DNA from: an uncultured Methanosarcinaceae archaeon | Lineage (GTDB): Archaea > Halobacteriota > Methanosarcinia > Methanosarcinales > Methanosarcinaceae | Length of the DNA: 64,000 nucleotides | Direction of reading: 5' to 3' | Assembly (NCBI GenBank): GCA_963721455.1 | Contig: CAVRJG010000039.1 | Location: 192,001 to 256,000, forward strand | Shown: piece by piece, positions 10,582-21,249 of the stretch | How positions within the stretch are numbered: the stretch's first letter is position 1 | How the letters are laid out: every line of letters begins with the position of its first letter | Position numbers and translations under genes: made by a program | Notes under the pieces: generated by a model | Told to the model about the DNA's origin: nothing | Databases searched by the model: none | Seen by the model: the letters and a program-made list of their open reading frames with translations, nothing else

Positions 10582-10941
10582 ATGATAGATTTTGCCTGTA
10601 AAGAGTTCAAAATTGAAGACGTGATCAAGTGTGCCCTTAATCTCACAAAGGCAGACCTCAAGGTAATGAAATATTTTTTAAATGAAACCGAGCAGTGGGT
10701 TGACACTGATTTTCTTTCAAAAGTCCTGAAACTGGATATCTCCACAATCCAGCGCTCCGTTAAAAAACTGTATGAAAAAGAAATTCTGCAGAGGTCGCAG
10801 CAGAACCTTGACGGAGGAGGTTATGTCTTCAGATACAAAATTCATTCAAGAGCTAAAATAAAAAATATTATAATGACTGTAGTAAATTCCTGGGCCGACC
10901 GACTAGGACAGGAACTTGAAAAATGGGAAAACGGAGCTTAA
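10582..10941 (+). CDS. Winged-helix transcriptional regulator (TrmB/ArsR/MarR-like)
   Basis: LKLDISTIQRSVKKLYEKEIL HTH, wing GGYVFRY; N-terminal cysteines (FACKEF..VIKC). Confidence 0.85.
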   Translation: MIDFACKEFKIEDVIKCALNLTKADLKVMKYFLNETEQWVDTDFLSKVLKLDISTIQRSVKKLYEKEILQRSQQNLDGGGYVFRYKIHSRAKIKNIIMTVVNSWADRLGQELEKWENGA

Positions 10942-11564
10942 TTAACTTGCTTAAAATAACACCTCACCTGGGAATTTTCGTCCTTATCGTTTCCATCGGA
11001 GGACTCTGGTATCCGGCACTCGGATACTTCATGCTGCTAATTTTTGCTGCAATCTTTCTGATCAGCCCCTTCAGAGGTAGATGGTTCTGCGGAAATCTCT
11101 GCCCTAGAGGAAGCCTTGTTGATTTCTGGGTCAGCAAAATTTCAAAGAAAAGGAAGATACCTGACACTCTGAAAAGCCTATGGGTCCGCCTGCCGATTTT
11201 TATCCTGCTAATGGGCTTTATGGGGTACAGGATAACAGGCATTATCGGAAGCCTTAACACTTTCGAGAAAATCGGCATGGTATTTGTGATTATGTGTCTA
11301 GTGACAACTACAATCGCAGTCCTTCTGGGCAGTTACCTGAGCCCGAGGGCCTGGTGTTCCTTCTGTCCTATGGGAACAGCCCAGCGCCTGCTTGGTGGAA
11401 AGAGGTATCCACTGAAACTCACAAAGGAAAAATGCATTAACTGCAACAAATGCGATAAAGTCTGTCCTATGCAGCTTAAAATTCGCGAAAGCGAAACAAA
11501 ACCTGACTGTATCAAATGCGGGCGTTGTGTGACTGTATGTCCGAAAGATGCCCTTAAATTTTAA
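10923..11564 (+). CDS. Membrane 4Fe-4S binding protein (NapH/MauN-like)
   Basis: Hydrophobic helices, CGNLCP and CSFCP motifs, two CxxCxxCxxxCP ferredoxin motifs. Confidence 0.88.
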   Translation: MGKRSLINLLKITPHLGIFVLIVSIGGLWYPALGYFMLLIFAAIFLISPFRGRWFCGNLCPRGSLVDFWVSKISKKRKIPDTLKSLWVRLPIFILLMGFMGYRITGIIGSLNTFEKIGMVFVIMCLVTTTIAVLLGSYLSPRAWCSFCPMGTAQRLLGGKRYPLKLTKEKCINCNKCDKVCPMQLKIRESETKPDCIKCGRCVTVCPKDALKF

Positions 11565-11815
11565 TTTTTTTCTTTTATAAAATCAATATATAAAAAGCTA
11601 GAGAAAGTAAAATCGCAGAAAACGAACATAGAAAAATAAGATGAATATGAAAATAATTTGGACGTTATTTATAAAAAGACTATTTTTATTTTAGAAAATA
11701 TATAATATAAATTATAGGGGAGCTAGAAAAAAATTTCCAGAACCTGACTTAGCACGACCATCTGCACACACTGTAAAGTGTCCACAAATCGGCTACGACC
11801 CAAGAGGAGAAGAAC

Positions 11816-14800
11816 ATGACAACAAAAAATGTACCGGAACTTTCAGAAATCCAGAAAACAGAACTCTCCGAACTCTTCGGGGAATGCGCCAATCTTGACA
11901 AACGCGAACGCCACTATTATAACCACGATATAGGAGCCCTACCCCCGCTTGTCAAGAAAGTAATTGGGAACACTGACCCTGCAGCTGTTGTAAAAATCCG
12001 GACAGAAGAAGACGTAGTAAAGCTTCTGGAATTTGCAAACAGGTGCAGAATTCCGGTTGTCCCCCGTGCAGGGGCTTCTTCCGGGTACGGCGGGGTAATC
12101 CCTACAAAGGGAGGCATAGTTGCCGATGTCACCTTACTGAATAAGATCATAAGTATCGACCCCGAAGGGCAGAAAGCAGTTGTACAGAGCGGGATAATCT
12201 GGGAAAAGTTAGAGAGGAAACTGAAAGAAAGTGGGCTTTCGGTAAGAGCAATCCCTTCAAGTGCTCCGTCTTCGACCGTAGGGGGCTGGCTGGCCCAGAG
12301 CGGAGCCGGTTACGGAAGTTATGAGTTCGGCTGGGGGTATGAGAGTATGGAAAAAGCCAGGGTTGTCCTTCCCACGGGAGAAGTGCGGGAATTTTCAGGC
12401 CACGAACTCAAGAAACTGATAGGAACCATGGGGACTACTGGTATCATCACCGAAATCACGCTGAAGGTCCAGAGGCTTGAAGAGAGAAAAGCTGTTTCTG
12501 CCAGTTTCTCCGACGCTTCAGCCCTCAAAAAAGCGATCGAGACCATCAGAAAAAAGAACATACCTCTCTGGTCTATTTCCTTCCTGAACCCTGAATGGGC
12601 GGACATGAAGAATAAAGCGCCCAGGAAACTCCACTATGGAGAAGTTGTGGATAAAGACAGGCCGGTGCTGCCCGTAGCTTACGTCTGTACCTTCATGTAC
12701 CCTGCCTCCCGGGATGTCTCTGGCCTGAAAGAAGCAATTGAAAGCGCCGACGGCACAATCCTTCCGGAAGAAATTGCAAAACACGAGACAAAAGAATGGT
12801 TCAAGTCCATGAAGGTCAAAAGGCTAGGTCCCTCCTTCATCCCTGCCGAGATCCTGGTGCCGCTTGAGAAGATGGACAGTGCTTTTGAAGAAATTGGAAA
12901 GAGGATCAAACTGCCTGTGCTCACCGAAGGCATGGTTATAAGCGACGGAAATGTCGTACTCCTTTGTTTCATGCGTCACTCCGAGCGCTCCTTACTCTTT
13001 AATACAGCCTTTGCTCTTTCCCTGAGCATTCTGAAGATTGCGGAAGAAAACGGCGGAAGGGCATATTCTTCAGGGCTTTTTTTCGCTTCCAAGAAAAAAA
13101 GTGTCTTTGGAGACAGGCTTGCTGAAATCGAAGCCCTGAGAAAAGAATTTGATCCCAACGGAATCATGAACCCTGAAACCCTGGAAGGAAAAGGGCTTCT
13201 TAACACCGCAGTATCCCTTGGATCTTCCTTCGAACCCATGGGCAGGCTTGTGGGGAACATGTCGGGAATAGGCGAAGTATCCTTCAAAGATGAAAAAGAC
13301 ATCCCTGCAGAGGTTGCAGAACTTGCCTATTCCTGTTCCCAGTGCGGGTACTGTGTGAGCGAATGCGATCAGTATTACGGCCGAGGGTGGGAATCCCAGT
13401 CGCCTCGTGGAAAATGGTTCTTTATCAAGGAATACCTGGGAGGCCGGGAAAAACTTGACCAGAGGCAGACGAACACCTTTCTCGCCTGCACCACCTGCCA
13501 GATGTGCGATTCCCGCTGTGAACTGGACATGCCAATCGAACATGCCTGGATGACCATGCGCGGAAAGCTGGTAGAAGAAGAGAAAAAGATGACCTTCCCG
13601 CCCTTCGAGATCATGGCTGCAAGTTTGCTGAAAGAGAGGAATATCTGGGCAAACTACAGAAAAGACAGGGACAAATGGATTCCAGATGATATCCGGGCAA
13701 AGATGAAGGATGAAGCTGAATACGCCTACTTTGCGGGCTGTACGGCGTCCTTTGTGGAAAACGACGTGGCTGTAGGGGCTGTCCGCATGCTCGATGATGC
13801 GGGAATAGAGTTTACATGCCTCTTTGATAAGGAAGCCTGCTGCGGAATCCCCATGCTTGTTGCCGGAAAATGGGACGTCTTTGAGAAGATAATGAGGATG
13901 AACGTCTCGAACATGAAAAAGAAAGGCGTAAAAACCGTAATCACTTCCTGCCCTGCCTGCTGGCTCATGTGGCATACGGTCTATCCCCAGTGGGCGGAAA
14001 AGCTCGGGATTGAATACGGGCTTGAGACAAAGCACTACTCTGAAGTCCTCGTAGAGCGACTCGATATCCTCAAGCCAAAGTTCAAGCAGCCTCTGAATAA
14101 AATTGTCGCCTGGCACGATTCCTGCCACCTGGGAAGGGCAGGAGGCAAAGTTTACGAGCCTCCGAGGGAGCTGTTGAAGTCCATCCCCGGAATCCAGTTC
14201 AGAGAACTGGAACATAACCGGGAAAGAGCCCAATGCTGCGGTTCAGTGGTGAGCCTGATTGCCGAACCCCCTGTTGCGTACATACTGGGGGACATAAGAC
14301 TCCAGGAAGCTATTGACGTTAAAGCCGATATCATTGCAGCACTTTGTCCATGCTGTATCTTCCAGTTCCGCGTGGCTGCAGAGAAAAATAACCTTGACAT
14401 CCAGGCCCAGGACCTCGGCGCTCTGGTGGCAAGAAGTCTTGGATACAGCATCCCTGACTCGACCTCCTATACCCTGGAATCATGGGTTCCCTTCGAAAAG
14501 ATGATCTCCCTAATGCAGCCTGAAAATATGACCGACCTGATGGTTGAACTCATGCCGCAGATGATGGCAGCGATGCCGGCACCTCTTCCTGCCATGATGA
14601 AGATGGTCAAATATGTACCAGGCATGGACGCTCTGATGAAACCAATGATGCCAATTATGATGCCCAGGCTCATGCCATTGGTCATGCCGAAAGTCATGCC
14701 TGATATGCTTAAAGCTGTGGAAAGAAGAGTTCCTATGCCGGATTACATGAGAGAGCAGCTTCCTGACCTTATGCCAAAAGCTATGGAGAACCTGATGCCG

Positions 14801-14866
14801 AATATGCTTCCCGAGCTTATTCCTCTGCTGACTCCACGTATGATTGAGTACATAAAAACGCATTGA
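11816..14866 (+). CDS. FAD-binding (GlcD-like) oxidoreductase fused to 2x[4Fe-4S] + two CCG domains (GlpC/HdrD-like), with a Met/Pro-rich tail
   Basis: PRAGASSGYGG, STVGG, DPNGIMNP; CSQCGYC, CTTCQMC; EACCG, TSCPAC, HDSCH, QCCG. Confidence 0.9.
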   Translation: MTTKNVPELSEIQKTELSELFGECANLDKRERHYYNHDIGALPPLVKKVIGNTDPAAVVKIRTEEDVVKLLEFANRCRIPVVPRAGASSGYGGVIPTKGGIVADVTLLNKIISIDPEGQKAVVQSGIIWEKLERKLKESGLSVRAIPSSAPSSTVGGWLAQSGAGYGSYEFGWGYESMEKARVVLPTGEVREFSGHELKKLIGTMGTTGIITEITLKVQRLEERKAVSASFSDASALKKAIETIRKKNIPLWSISFLNPEWADMKNKAPRKLHYGEVVDKDRPVLPVAYVCTFMYPASRDVSGLKEAIESADGTILPEEIAKHETKEWFKSMKVKRLGPSFIPAEILVPLEKMDSAFEEIGKRIKLPVLTEGMVISDGNVVLLCFMRHSERSLLFNTAFALSLSILKIAEENGGRAYSSGLFFASKKKSVFGDRLAEIEALRKEFDPNGIMNPETLEGKGLLNTAVSLGSSFEPMGRLVGNMSGIGEVSFKDEKDIPAEVAELAYSCSQCGYCVSECDQYYGRGWESQSPRGKWFFIKEYLGGREKLDQRQTNTFLACTTCQMCDSRCELDMPIEHAWMTMRGKLVEEEKKMTFPPFEIMAASLLKERNIWANYRKDRDKWIPDDIRAKMKDEAEYAYFAGCTASFVENDVAVGAVRMLDDAGIEFTCLFDKEACCGIPMLVAGKWDVFEKIMRMNVSNMKKKGVKTVITSCPACWLMWHTVYPQWAEKLGIEYGLETKHYSEVLVERLDILKPKFKQPLNKIVAWHDSCHLGRAGGKVYEPPRELLKSIPGIQFRELEHNRERAQCCGSVVSLIAEPPVAYILGDIRLQEAIDVKADIIAALCPCCIFQFRVAAEKNNLDIQAQDLGALVARSLGYSIPDSTSYTLESWVPFEKMISLMQPENMTDLMVELMPQMMAAMPAPLPAMMKMVKYVPGMDALMKPMMPIMMPRLMPLVMPKVMPDMLKAVERRVPMPDYMREQLPDLMPKAMENLMPNMLPELIPLLTPRMIEYIKTH

Positions 14867-14895
14867 GTGTTCTTCGCACAAAACCTGTGCAGGAA

Positions 14896-14939
14896 AAGTC
14901 GAAGGGAAAATTCCAGGGTTCCTTCGACTTAATTTTTTT
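14896..14939 (+). terminator. Hairpin + T-tract terminator
   Basis: AAGTCGAAGG...CCTTCGACTT followed by AATTTTTTT. Confidence 0.65.
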
Positions 14940-15107
14940 AAAAATCTTGGTAAACTACCCTTTTTCCTGTAAGTAAAAATATCCTCATTATCCGGGTCTT
15001 CTCATTATCCGGACCAGCGCATGATTTTACAACAGGTAATTCAGGGTTTCGGGACTGAAAGTTCTGGACTTAATGCACCTGCAAAAATAACCCGGAAATG
15101 ATATTAA

Positions 15108-15168
15108 AAGATCCAGAAGGCTCGTTTTCCAAGATCCAGAACCTGCGCTCCAGAGGAATTCTTATATA
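15108..15168 (+). promoter_or_regulatory. Thermosome promoter: direct repeats + TATA box
   Basis: AAGATCCAGAA at 15108 and 15131, TCCAGAGG at 15149, TTATATA at 15162. Confidence 0.5.
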
Positions 15169-15277
15169 GAAGTGCTTGCATTAAGAATAGGAAAAATTAC
15201 GCACAAAGATAACGTGCTCAGAAATACCACTTATAAAAATTCATAGAAATTCATATCACTATAAAGGAGATTGAAGT

Positions 15278-16906
15278 TTGTCAGCACAACCGATTTTTAT
15301 TTTAAGAGAGGGCAGTAAGAGAACTCATGGTTCCGATGCCCAGCACAACAATATTATGGCCGCAAAGGCGGTTGCTGAAGCAGTAAGGACCACTCTTGGG
15401 CCTAAGGGTATGGACAAGATGCTTGTAGACTCCATGGGTGATGTGGTTATCACCAACGACGGAGCAACAATCCTCAAGGAAATGGACATCGAGCACCCAG
15501 GTGCAAAGATGATCGTAGAAGTAGCCAAAACCCAGGATGCCGAAGTAGGCGACGGAACCACCACCGCAGCCGTACTTGCAGGGGAATTCCTGACAAAGGC
15601 AGAAGACCTGCTGGAAAGCGGCGTTCACCCCACTGTGATCGCAAGCGGTTACAGGCTTGCAGCAGACCAGGCTACAAAGATTCTGGAGACCATCACTATC
15701 AGTGCATCTCCAGAAGATACCGAAACTCTCGAAAAAATTGCAGCCACGGCCATAACCGGAAAGGGCGCAGAGGCTAACAAGGAACACCTTTCCAAGCTTG
15801 CAGTCAGGGCTGTTAAATCAGTTGTTGAGGTAAGTGAAGATGGGAAGATCACTGTGGACATCGAGGACATCAAGATCGAAAAGAGGCCCGGCGGAAGCAT
15901 CGGAGACTCTGAGATTATCGAAGGTGTAATCGTTGATAAAGAGCGTGTCCACACCGGAATGCCGGAAATCGTAAAAGATGCAAAAGTCCTGCTCTTGAGC
16001 GTGCCCATTGAACTCAAGAAGACCGAGACAAAAGCCGAGATAAAGATAACCACCCCTGACCAGATGCAGCTCTTCTTAGACCAGGAAGAAGCCATGCTCA
16101 GGGAAATCGTGGAAAAGGTAATCAGGACAGGCGCAAACGTGGTCTTCTGCCAGAAGGGAATTGACGACCTCGCCCAGTACTACCTGACAAAGGCAGGAAT
16201 CTTCGCCATGCGCAGGGTCAAGAAGAGTGACATGGACAAACTCTCCCGCGCGACAGATGCAAGGATTATCACCAGCATGGATGAAATTGAGGAGTCCGAC
16301 CTCGGCTATGCCGGCCTTGTAGAAGAAAAGGACGTTACAGGTTCCAGAATGACCTTTGTCACAGGTTGCAAGGACAGCAAGACCACCTCAATTCTCCTTC
16401 GCGGCGGCACCGAGCATGTAGTTGAAGGAATTGAGAGAGCGCTCGAAGATGCCCTCAGAGTCGTGGGCGTTGCCCTCGAAGACCAGAAGATTGTTGTGGG
16501 CGGAGGCTCACCTGAAATCGAACTGGCTCTCAGGCTCAAGGAATACGCAGCAACCCTTAAAGGCAGAGAACAGCTTGCTGTAATGAAGTTCGCCGAGTCC
16601 CTCGAGATCATTCCCCAGACCCTTGCCGAAAATGCAGGGCTTGACCCCATTGATATGCTTGTGGAAATGCGCTCCCAGCACGAAAAAGGCAACAAACGGG
16701 CAGGGCTTAATGTCTACACCGGGAAGATTGAGGACATGTTCGAAAACAATGTTGTCGAACCTCTCAGGATCAAGACCCAGGCAATCAACGCAGCCACAGA
16801 AGCTGCAATTATGATCCTCAGAATCGATGATGTAATCGCCTCAGCCGGCGGTGGAAGAGCAGGTCCGGGCGCAGGTCCGGGCGGCGAAATGCCTGAAGAT
16901 ATGTAA
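15278..16906 (+). CDS. thsA: Thermosome (group II chaperonin) subunit
   Basis: [29 protein letters not shown]; TTG start after AGGAGA; subunit identity uncertain. Confidence 0.95.
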   Translation: MSAQPIFILREGSKRTHGSDAQHNNIMAAKAVAEAVRTTLGPKGMDKMLVDSMGDVVITNDGATILKEMDIEHPGAKMIVEVAKTQDAEVGDGTTTAAVLAGEFLTKAEDLLESGVHPTVIASGYRLAADQATKILETITISASPEDTETLEKIAATAITGKGAEANKEHLSKLAVRAVKSVVEVSEDGKITVDIEDIKIEKRPGGSIGDSEIIEGVIVDKERVHTGMPEIVKDAKVLLLSVPIELKKTETKAEIKITTPDQMQLFLDQEEAMLREIVEKVIRTGANVVFCQKGIDDLAQYYLTKAGIFAMRRVKKSDMDKLSRATDARIITSMDEIEESDLGYAGLVEEKDVTGSRMTFVTGCKDSKTTSILLRGGTEHVVEGIERALEDALRVVGVALEDQKIVVGGGSPEIELALRLKEYAATLKGREQLAVMKFAESLEIIPQTLAENAGLDPIDMLVEMRSQHEKGNKRAGLNVYTGKIEDMFENNVVEPLRIKTQAINAATEAAIMILRIDDVIASAGGGRAGPGAGPGGEMPEDM

Positions 16907-17164
16907 AACAATTTAGAATATAAATCCAGGTTACCGGAAAAATTCCAGATTTCCGGAACCTTTTTTTCTGATTTTCAGAAAATAGCCTTTTTTTCAGGGA
17001 TCTTTTCTCAAAGGATAAGTCTTTCCGTGTACGTAAGTCTATTTTTGTGTGGCAACATAAAGGCATTTCCGAACTAAAATATTGAAAAATTAAAGAAAAA
17101 GAAGTTTTGGAGCTGTTTTTGAAGCAGAAGTAATTACTAAATTGCACCGTGATTGGTAAAATAG

Positions 17165-17554
17165 TCATCTGGCTTCGTAGCAGGAAATTTCCCTGGCGTC
17201 TACCCTCACCGGTTTCCCGAGTTCGTTTGAAACAACATTTTTTACCCTTGCCATGCACCGGCATTCAAGCTGGATACGGGCTGACATGGCTTCTCGCTCT
17301 TCAACATAGAGATCGTTTGAACTGAGAATGGAGTGAACCGAGACCTGCTTCTGTACAACCCTTGCTATGAGACCCTGAGTCCCATCCGTAAGGTCCTGAA
17401 GGCTTGTAGAGGTCAGGAGGACGTTCTCTCCTGCACTGAGCCCGAGTACCCCTACAAAATTTTGGGGACTCCGAATCTCAAGAGTCCTGAGATTATGTTT
17501 CTTCAGGATCTCGATCAGAGAATCAGCAATTCCTGTTAGCGCGATGTACTCCAT
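17165..17554 (-). CDS. DUF473-like archaeal protein
   Basis: ALTGI..LRTLEIRSPQNF..SARIQL pattern; 4 nt downstream of the PAC2 gene. Confidence 0.75.
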   Translation of the reverse strand: MEYIALTGIADSLIEILKKHNLRTLEIRSPQNFVGVLGLSAGENVLLTSTSLQDLTDGTQGLIARVVQKQVSVHSILSSNDLYVEEREAMSARIQLECRCMARVKNVVSNELGKPVRVDAREISCYEAR

Positions 17555-17558
17555 GGGA

Positions 17559-18305
17559 TCACCCGTACATTGGGAACTCCTTCTTTACTTCTCCTTTCTG
17601 CTCGGTAGTCTGAACATCCTCAGCAAGCCTCTGGAGCTCGAATTCTATGCGTTCAGCCTGCTCTTTAAGCCGGTCTGTATTTATTGAAAGCCCATAGAGC
17701 TCGTTTAAAACCCCAATAACAGCAGAAGCAGCCCTTGGGTCAGGATTCTGAGTTCGGGTAGCACCAAGCAGGCTAAATGCAGGAATCTCACGCAGCAGAC
17801 ATTCAGCCATTACGCTGCCCGAAATTCCGGAGATAGTTCCCATCTGGAAAACCTCTACCTTATCCTTGATTTTATCCAGCATCTCAGACGTGGTGGCTGC
17901 CCCGAAGACTTTGTGCCCCCCATCCATAATGGCAATCCCTGCAATGGAAGCGATCTCTTTTACATTAATAGACTCGGCCCAGTCCACCAGAGCATTGCTG
18001 ACATCGTAAGAGATAGTGTGGCTGATAGGAATATCGGAGATAACAATAATCAGGTTGTGCTCCACGTCTTCGTAGATCCTCACAGGCATGTTTATGAGCC
18101 CCTCATAAAGCACTGCAATAGAGGGAAAATACCTGGATTCGATAGAGCCGATATATTCCATTTTCAATTCTTCGATCATATGCTGACTTGCAATATTCCC
18201 CACAAGCCCGATTCCTGGAAAACCTTCAATCAAAACAGGGTTTTTTGACTTTACAGGTTTGGTAATAATCTTCACATCATTGTTGTCATAATCTGTAGTT
18301 GACAA
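17559..18305 (-). CDS. Proteasome assembly chaperone (PAC2/PbaA-B) family protein
   Basis: EGFPGIGLVGNIA, PDPRAA, C-terminal HbYX motif MYG; TTG start after GAGGTGG. Confidence 0.9.
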   Translation of the reverse strand: MSTTDYDNNDVKIITKPVKSKNPVLIEGFPGIGLVGNIASQHMIEELKMEYIGSIESRYFPSIAVLYEGLINMPVRIYEDVEHNLIIVISDIPISHTISYDVSNALVDWAESINVKEIASIAGIAIMDGGHKVFGAATTSEMLDKIKDKVEVFQMGTISGISGSVMAECLLREIPAFSLLGATRTQNPDPRAASAVIGVLNELYGLSINTDRLKEQAERIEFELQRLAEDVQTTEQKGEVKKEFPMYG

Positions 18306-18686
18306 GTAACCACCTCAACGAAATACAACCCCTATGGTAATATCTGACCTAATCCTAGATAAACAAGTTTCTCAGCAGCCCGGGTCTGCGTTACTTCCTG
18401 CATAGACGTTAATAAAAAATATGCAATGAACCTGGGTTTCCTGATACCCTAACCCTCTTTTTATTAAAAGAGAATCTTTTTAATATATATTTTTACTCCT
18501 GACAGAGAAAAATAATCAATGTGAAGAATATTTATAATGAGAATAAAATTTTCTCTATCCAACGGGTACTCCTTGCAGGGCTGATTATATAAAAAGAGTG
18601 GCTAATAGGAAAAAACATAATAGAGAAAGGGACTGCAAAAAAGAGCTCATAAAAAATAAAATTCGAATACAGGAGGAGAAAAATTC

Positions 18687-19274
18687 ATGGAAAAATCTAT
18701 TCTCTATCTCGATAGTGTAGGAGAGGCAAATACAGAAGCAGTTATTGAAGCGGCAGCAAAAAGGGCGGCCGAACTGGGAATATCCCATATTGTGGTAGCA
18801 AGCACCAGCGGAAAAACCGCTCTAAAGATGGCAGAGGCGGTAAAGGGCAGCGGCATAAAAATCATTGGGATAAGCCACCAGTATGGGCAGAAAGAAAAAG
18901 GCGAATGGGAAGTAGAAGAAGAATATAAAAAGAAACTTGAAGAGCTCGGGGCAGTAATTACCACTCAATCCCATATGTTTTCCGGAATTGAGCGTTCGAT
19001 CACAAAGAAGTTCGGAGGCTATTCCAGAGTAGAAGTGATTTCCGATGCTCTCCGATCCCTCTTCGGGAAAGGCTTCAAAGTAGCCATTGAAGTTGCAATT
19101 ATGGCAGCTGATTCGGGCCATATTCCTGTTTCCGACAACACGGAGATAATAGCGATAGGAGGCACGAGATGGGGTGCAGATGTTGCCCTTGTCCTCAGGC
19201 CAGCCCACAGCGGTGACTTCTTTTCCCTGCAGGTCCGGGAAATTATTGCCATGCCGCGAGCAAAAGAAGATTAA
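18687..19274 (+). CDS. Pyruvate kinase C-terminal-like alpha/beta domain protein, function unknown
   Basis: IVVASTSGKTA, GFKVAIEVAIMAADSG, IAIGGT..GAD. Confidence 0.8.
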   Translation: MEKSILYLDSVGEANTEAVIEAAAKRAAELGISHIVVASTSGKTALKMAEAVKGSGIKIIGISHQYGQKEKGEWEVEEEYKKKLEELGAVITTQSHMFSGIERSITKKFGGYSRVEVISDALRSLFGKGFKVAIEVAIMAADSGHIPVSDNTEIIAIGGTRWGADVALVLRPAHSGDFFSLQVREIIAMPRAKED

Positions 19275-19332
19275 GGTACGAAAAAAGGGAAAACGGAATT
19301 AGAGTTTCGAACCTAAATATCACACTTTACGA

Positions 19333-19416
19333 ACTCCAGGTATTATAACGACCGGAAACGTGGCAGGCACGAAAAAATTCACTCCAGACTTATAACCACG
19401 GAAAACACGGAAAAAA
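19333..19416 (+). repeat. Two tandem ACTCCAG..TTATAAC..CACG(G)AAAA units
   Basis: Units at 19333-19376 and 19381-19416; related sequence at 2278-2303 and 6978-7011. Confidence 0.6.
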
Positions 19417-19458
19417 GGAAAACGAGAAAAACTGTAATTTTGTAAATAAGTTCTTTCA

Positions 19459-19531
19459 ATTAGTCCTCTCGAGCGCAGCGAGAAGGACCGGCGAAGCGGA
19501 ACTGCGAGAGCCGCAACTCTGCTGGCGCAAA
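19459..19531 (+). repeat. Dispersed REP/MITE-like element, copy 2
   Basis: ATTAGTCCTCTCGAGCGCAGCGAGAAGGACC...ACTGCGAGAGCCGCAACTCTGC. Confidence 0.75.
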
Positions 19532-19566
19532 GATAAATATATCTGAGAGGCATCTATAACCCCGGC

Positions 19567-21039
19567 ATGTCAGCAATATTCGAAATTCTCGACAAGGACG
19601 CAGGCGGCAGGATAGGCAGACTCAGGACTCCCCACGGGATTGTTGAGACACCTACCGTCATGCCTGTAATAAATCCGAATATCCAGCTTATCTCCCCGAA
19701 AGAAATGCGAAGTTTCGGGGCAGAGATTCTGATTACCAATTCTTATATTATCTACCGCAAGGAAGAGCTGAGAAGTGTCGCCCTTGAGAAAGGGCTGCAT
19801 GGGCTCCTGGGATTTGACGGGCCCATTATGACGGACTCGGGTTCTTTCCAGCTTTCCGTCTATGGGTCCGTGGAAGTTACGAATGAGGAAATCCTGGGGT
19901 TCCAGCAAAAGATAGGAAGCGACATTATTGTCCCGCTGGACATCCCGACGCCCCCTGATGTTCACTACAGGAGGGCTGAAGAGGAACTTGCAGTTACGGC
20001 CGAACGCCTGGAAGCTGCCCGCAGGTTTGTCCAGGGAGAGCAGCTCCTTGCAGGACCTGTCCAGGGCTCAACCTACCCCGAACTGAGGGAAAAAGCTGCT
20101 TCCCACCTGAAAGACCTCAATTTTGAAGTGTATCCCCTGGGAGCAGTTGTCCCGCTTATGGAGGCCTACCGTTACGCCGAACTTGTTGACGTGATTGCCG
20201 CATCCAAAAGGGGGCTTTCTCCAGCTTCGCCTGTCCACCTTTTCGGGGCAGGGCATCCCATGATGTTCGCCCTTGCAGTAGCCCTGGGCTGCGACCTTTT
20301 TGATTCGGCAGCCTATGCCCTTTACGCCAAGGACGGGCGCTATATTACTGTAACCGGGACCTACCATGTGGAAAAACTAAATTATCTACCCTGTTCCTGC
20401 CCGATCTGTTCGAGATATACTGCAGACGAATTGAAGAAAGCGGACAACATGGAAGAACTTCTGGGAAGGCACAACCTCTACGCTACTTTTGCTGAAATCC
20501 GGCTGATAAAACAGTGCATAAAGGACGGAAAACTGCTCGAACTTGTGGAGCAGCGCTGCCGTGCTCACCCGAAGCTTCTTGACGGGCTGAAAAGATTCTA
20601 TACCCACTCCCCCTGGCTTGAGCAGCTTGACCCGGCTACAAAAGGCACTTATTTCTACTGCGGGCCAGAATCAGCTTCCCGCCCCGAAGTCCTTCGGTTT
20701 GGAAAAAGGCTGGAAAGGTTCAGCCTGGAAGGCTCGGTGCTTATTCGCACAGGCCCGGTAAAAGGAGAGGGAAGCTACGACCAGATTCTCACTTTCAAAG
20801 CGCCTTTCGGGGCATTTCCTGTCGAAATGGAAGAAGTATATCCTTTCAATGCCGAAGTCTCGAAATTTCCGGATTACGAAGCCCTCAGCACAGCTTTCTC
20901 AAACACTCTTAAGCTGATGGAGCTGAACCCACAAGCAGAATTTACTTTTGTCTGCGAAAAAGAGTTCAAGCATCCGCTAATTGAAGAGATAAGTAAAAGA
21001 GCAAAACTGGTATACAGGGAAGACTGGAAAAAAGAATGA
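19567..21039 (+). CDS. tgtA: Archaeosine tRNA-guanine(15) transglycosylase (no PUA domain)
   Basis: TPTVMPVINP, MTDSGSFQ, HLFGAGHP, DLFDSAAY, Zn site CSCPIC...H. Confidence 0.95.
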   Translation: MSAIFEILDKDAGGRIGRLRTPHGIVETPTVMPVINPNIQLISPKEMRSFGAEILITNSYIIYRKEELRSVALEKGLHGLLGFDGPIMTDSGSFQLSVYGSVEVTNEEILGFQQKIGSDIIVPLDIPTPPDVHYRRAEEELAVTAERLEAARRFVQGEQLLAGPVQGSTYPELREKAASHLKDLNFEVYPLGAVVPLMEAYRYAELVDVIAASKRGLSPASPVHLFGAGHPMMFALAVALGCDLFDSAAYALYAKDGRYITVTGTYHVEKLNYLPCSCPICSRYTADELKKADNMEELLGRHNLYATFAEIRLIKQCIKDGKLLELVEQRCRAHPKLLDGLKRFYTHSPWLEQLDPATKGTYFYCGPESASRPEVLRFGKRLERFSLEGSVLIRTGPVKGEGSYDQILTFKAPFGAFPVEMEEVYPFNAEVSKFPDYEALSTAFSNTLKLMELNPQAEFTFVCEKEFKHPLIEEISKRAKLVYREDWKKE

Positions 21040-21249
21040 GCTTTGAGGAGCTGATTAACGGCGCTGAACATTTTATAAGTCCTTCAGGCTTTCTCATAAA
21101 CAAACCCCTGCTTCAGAAAAGATAAAAAGAAAACTTTTTTGAGGTGCAAACCTTTATAGGACTACCTGTAAAGAACCCTCTAAATCGGGAAAGAGCCGAA
21201 ATACAAAATTCCTGATACAAAAACTCCCGTACAAACCGGAAAAGTATAG

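Noticed and set aside
13070-14233. 387-aa minus-strand ORF
   Set aside because: Antisense shadow of the FAD/CCG oxidoreductase; no motifs
19567-21039. tgtA lacking the C-terminal PUA domain as a truncation
   Set aside because: Split-type archaeosine TGT is already known in Methanosarcina; the ORF ends cleanly
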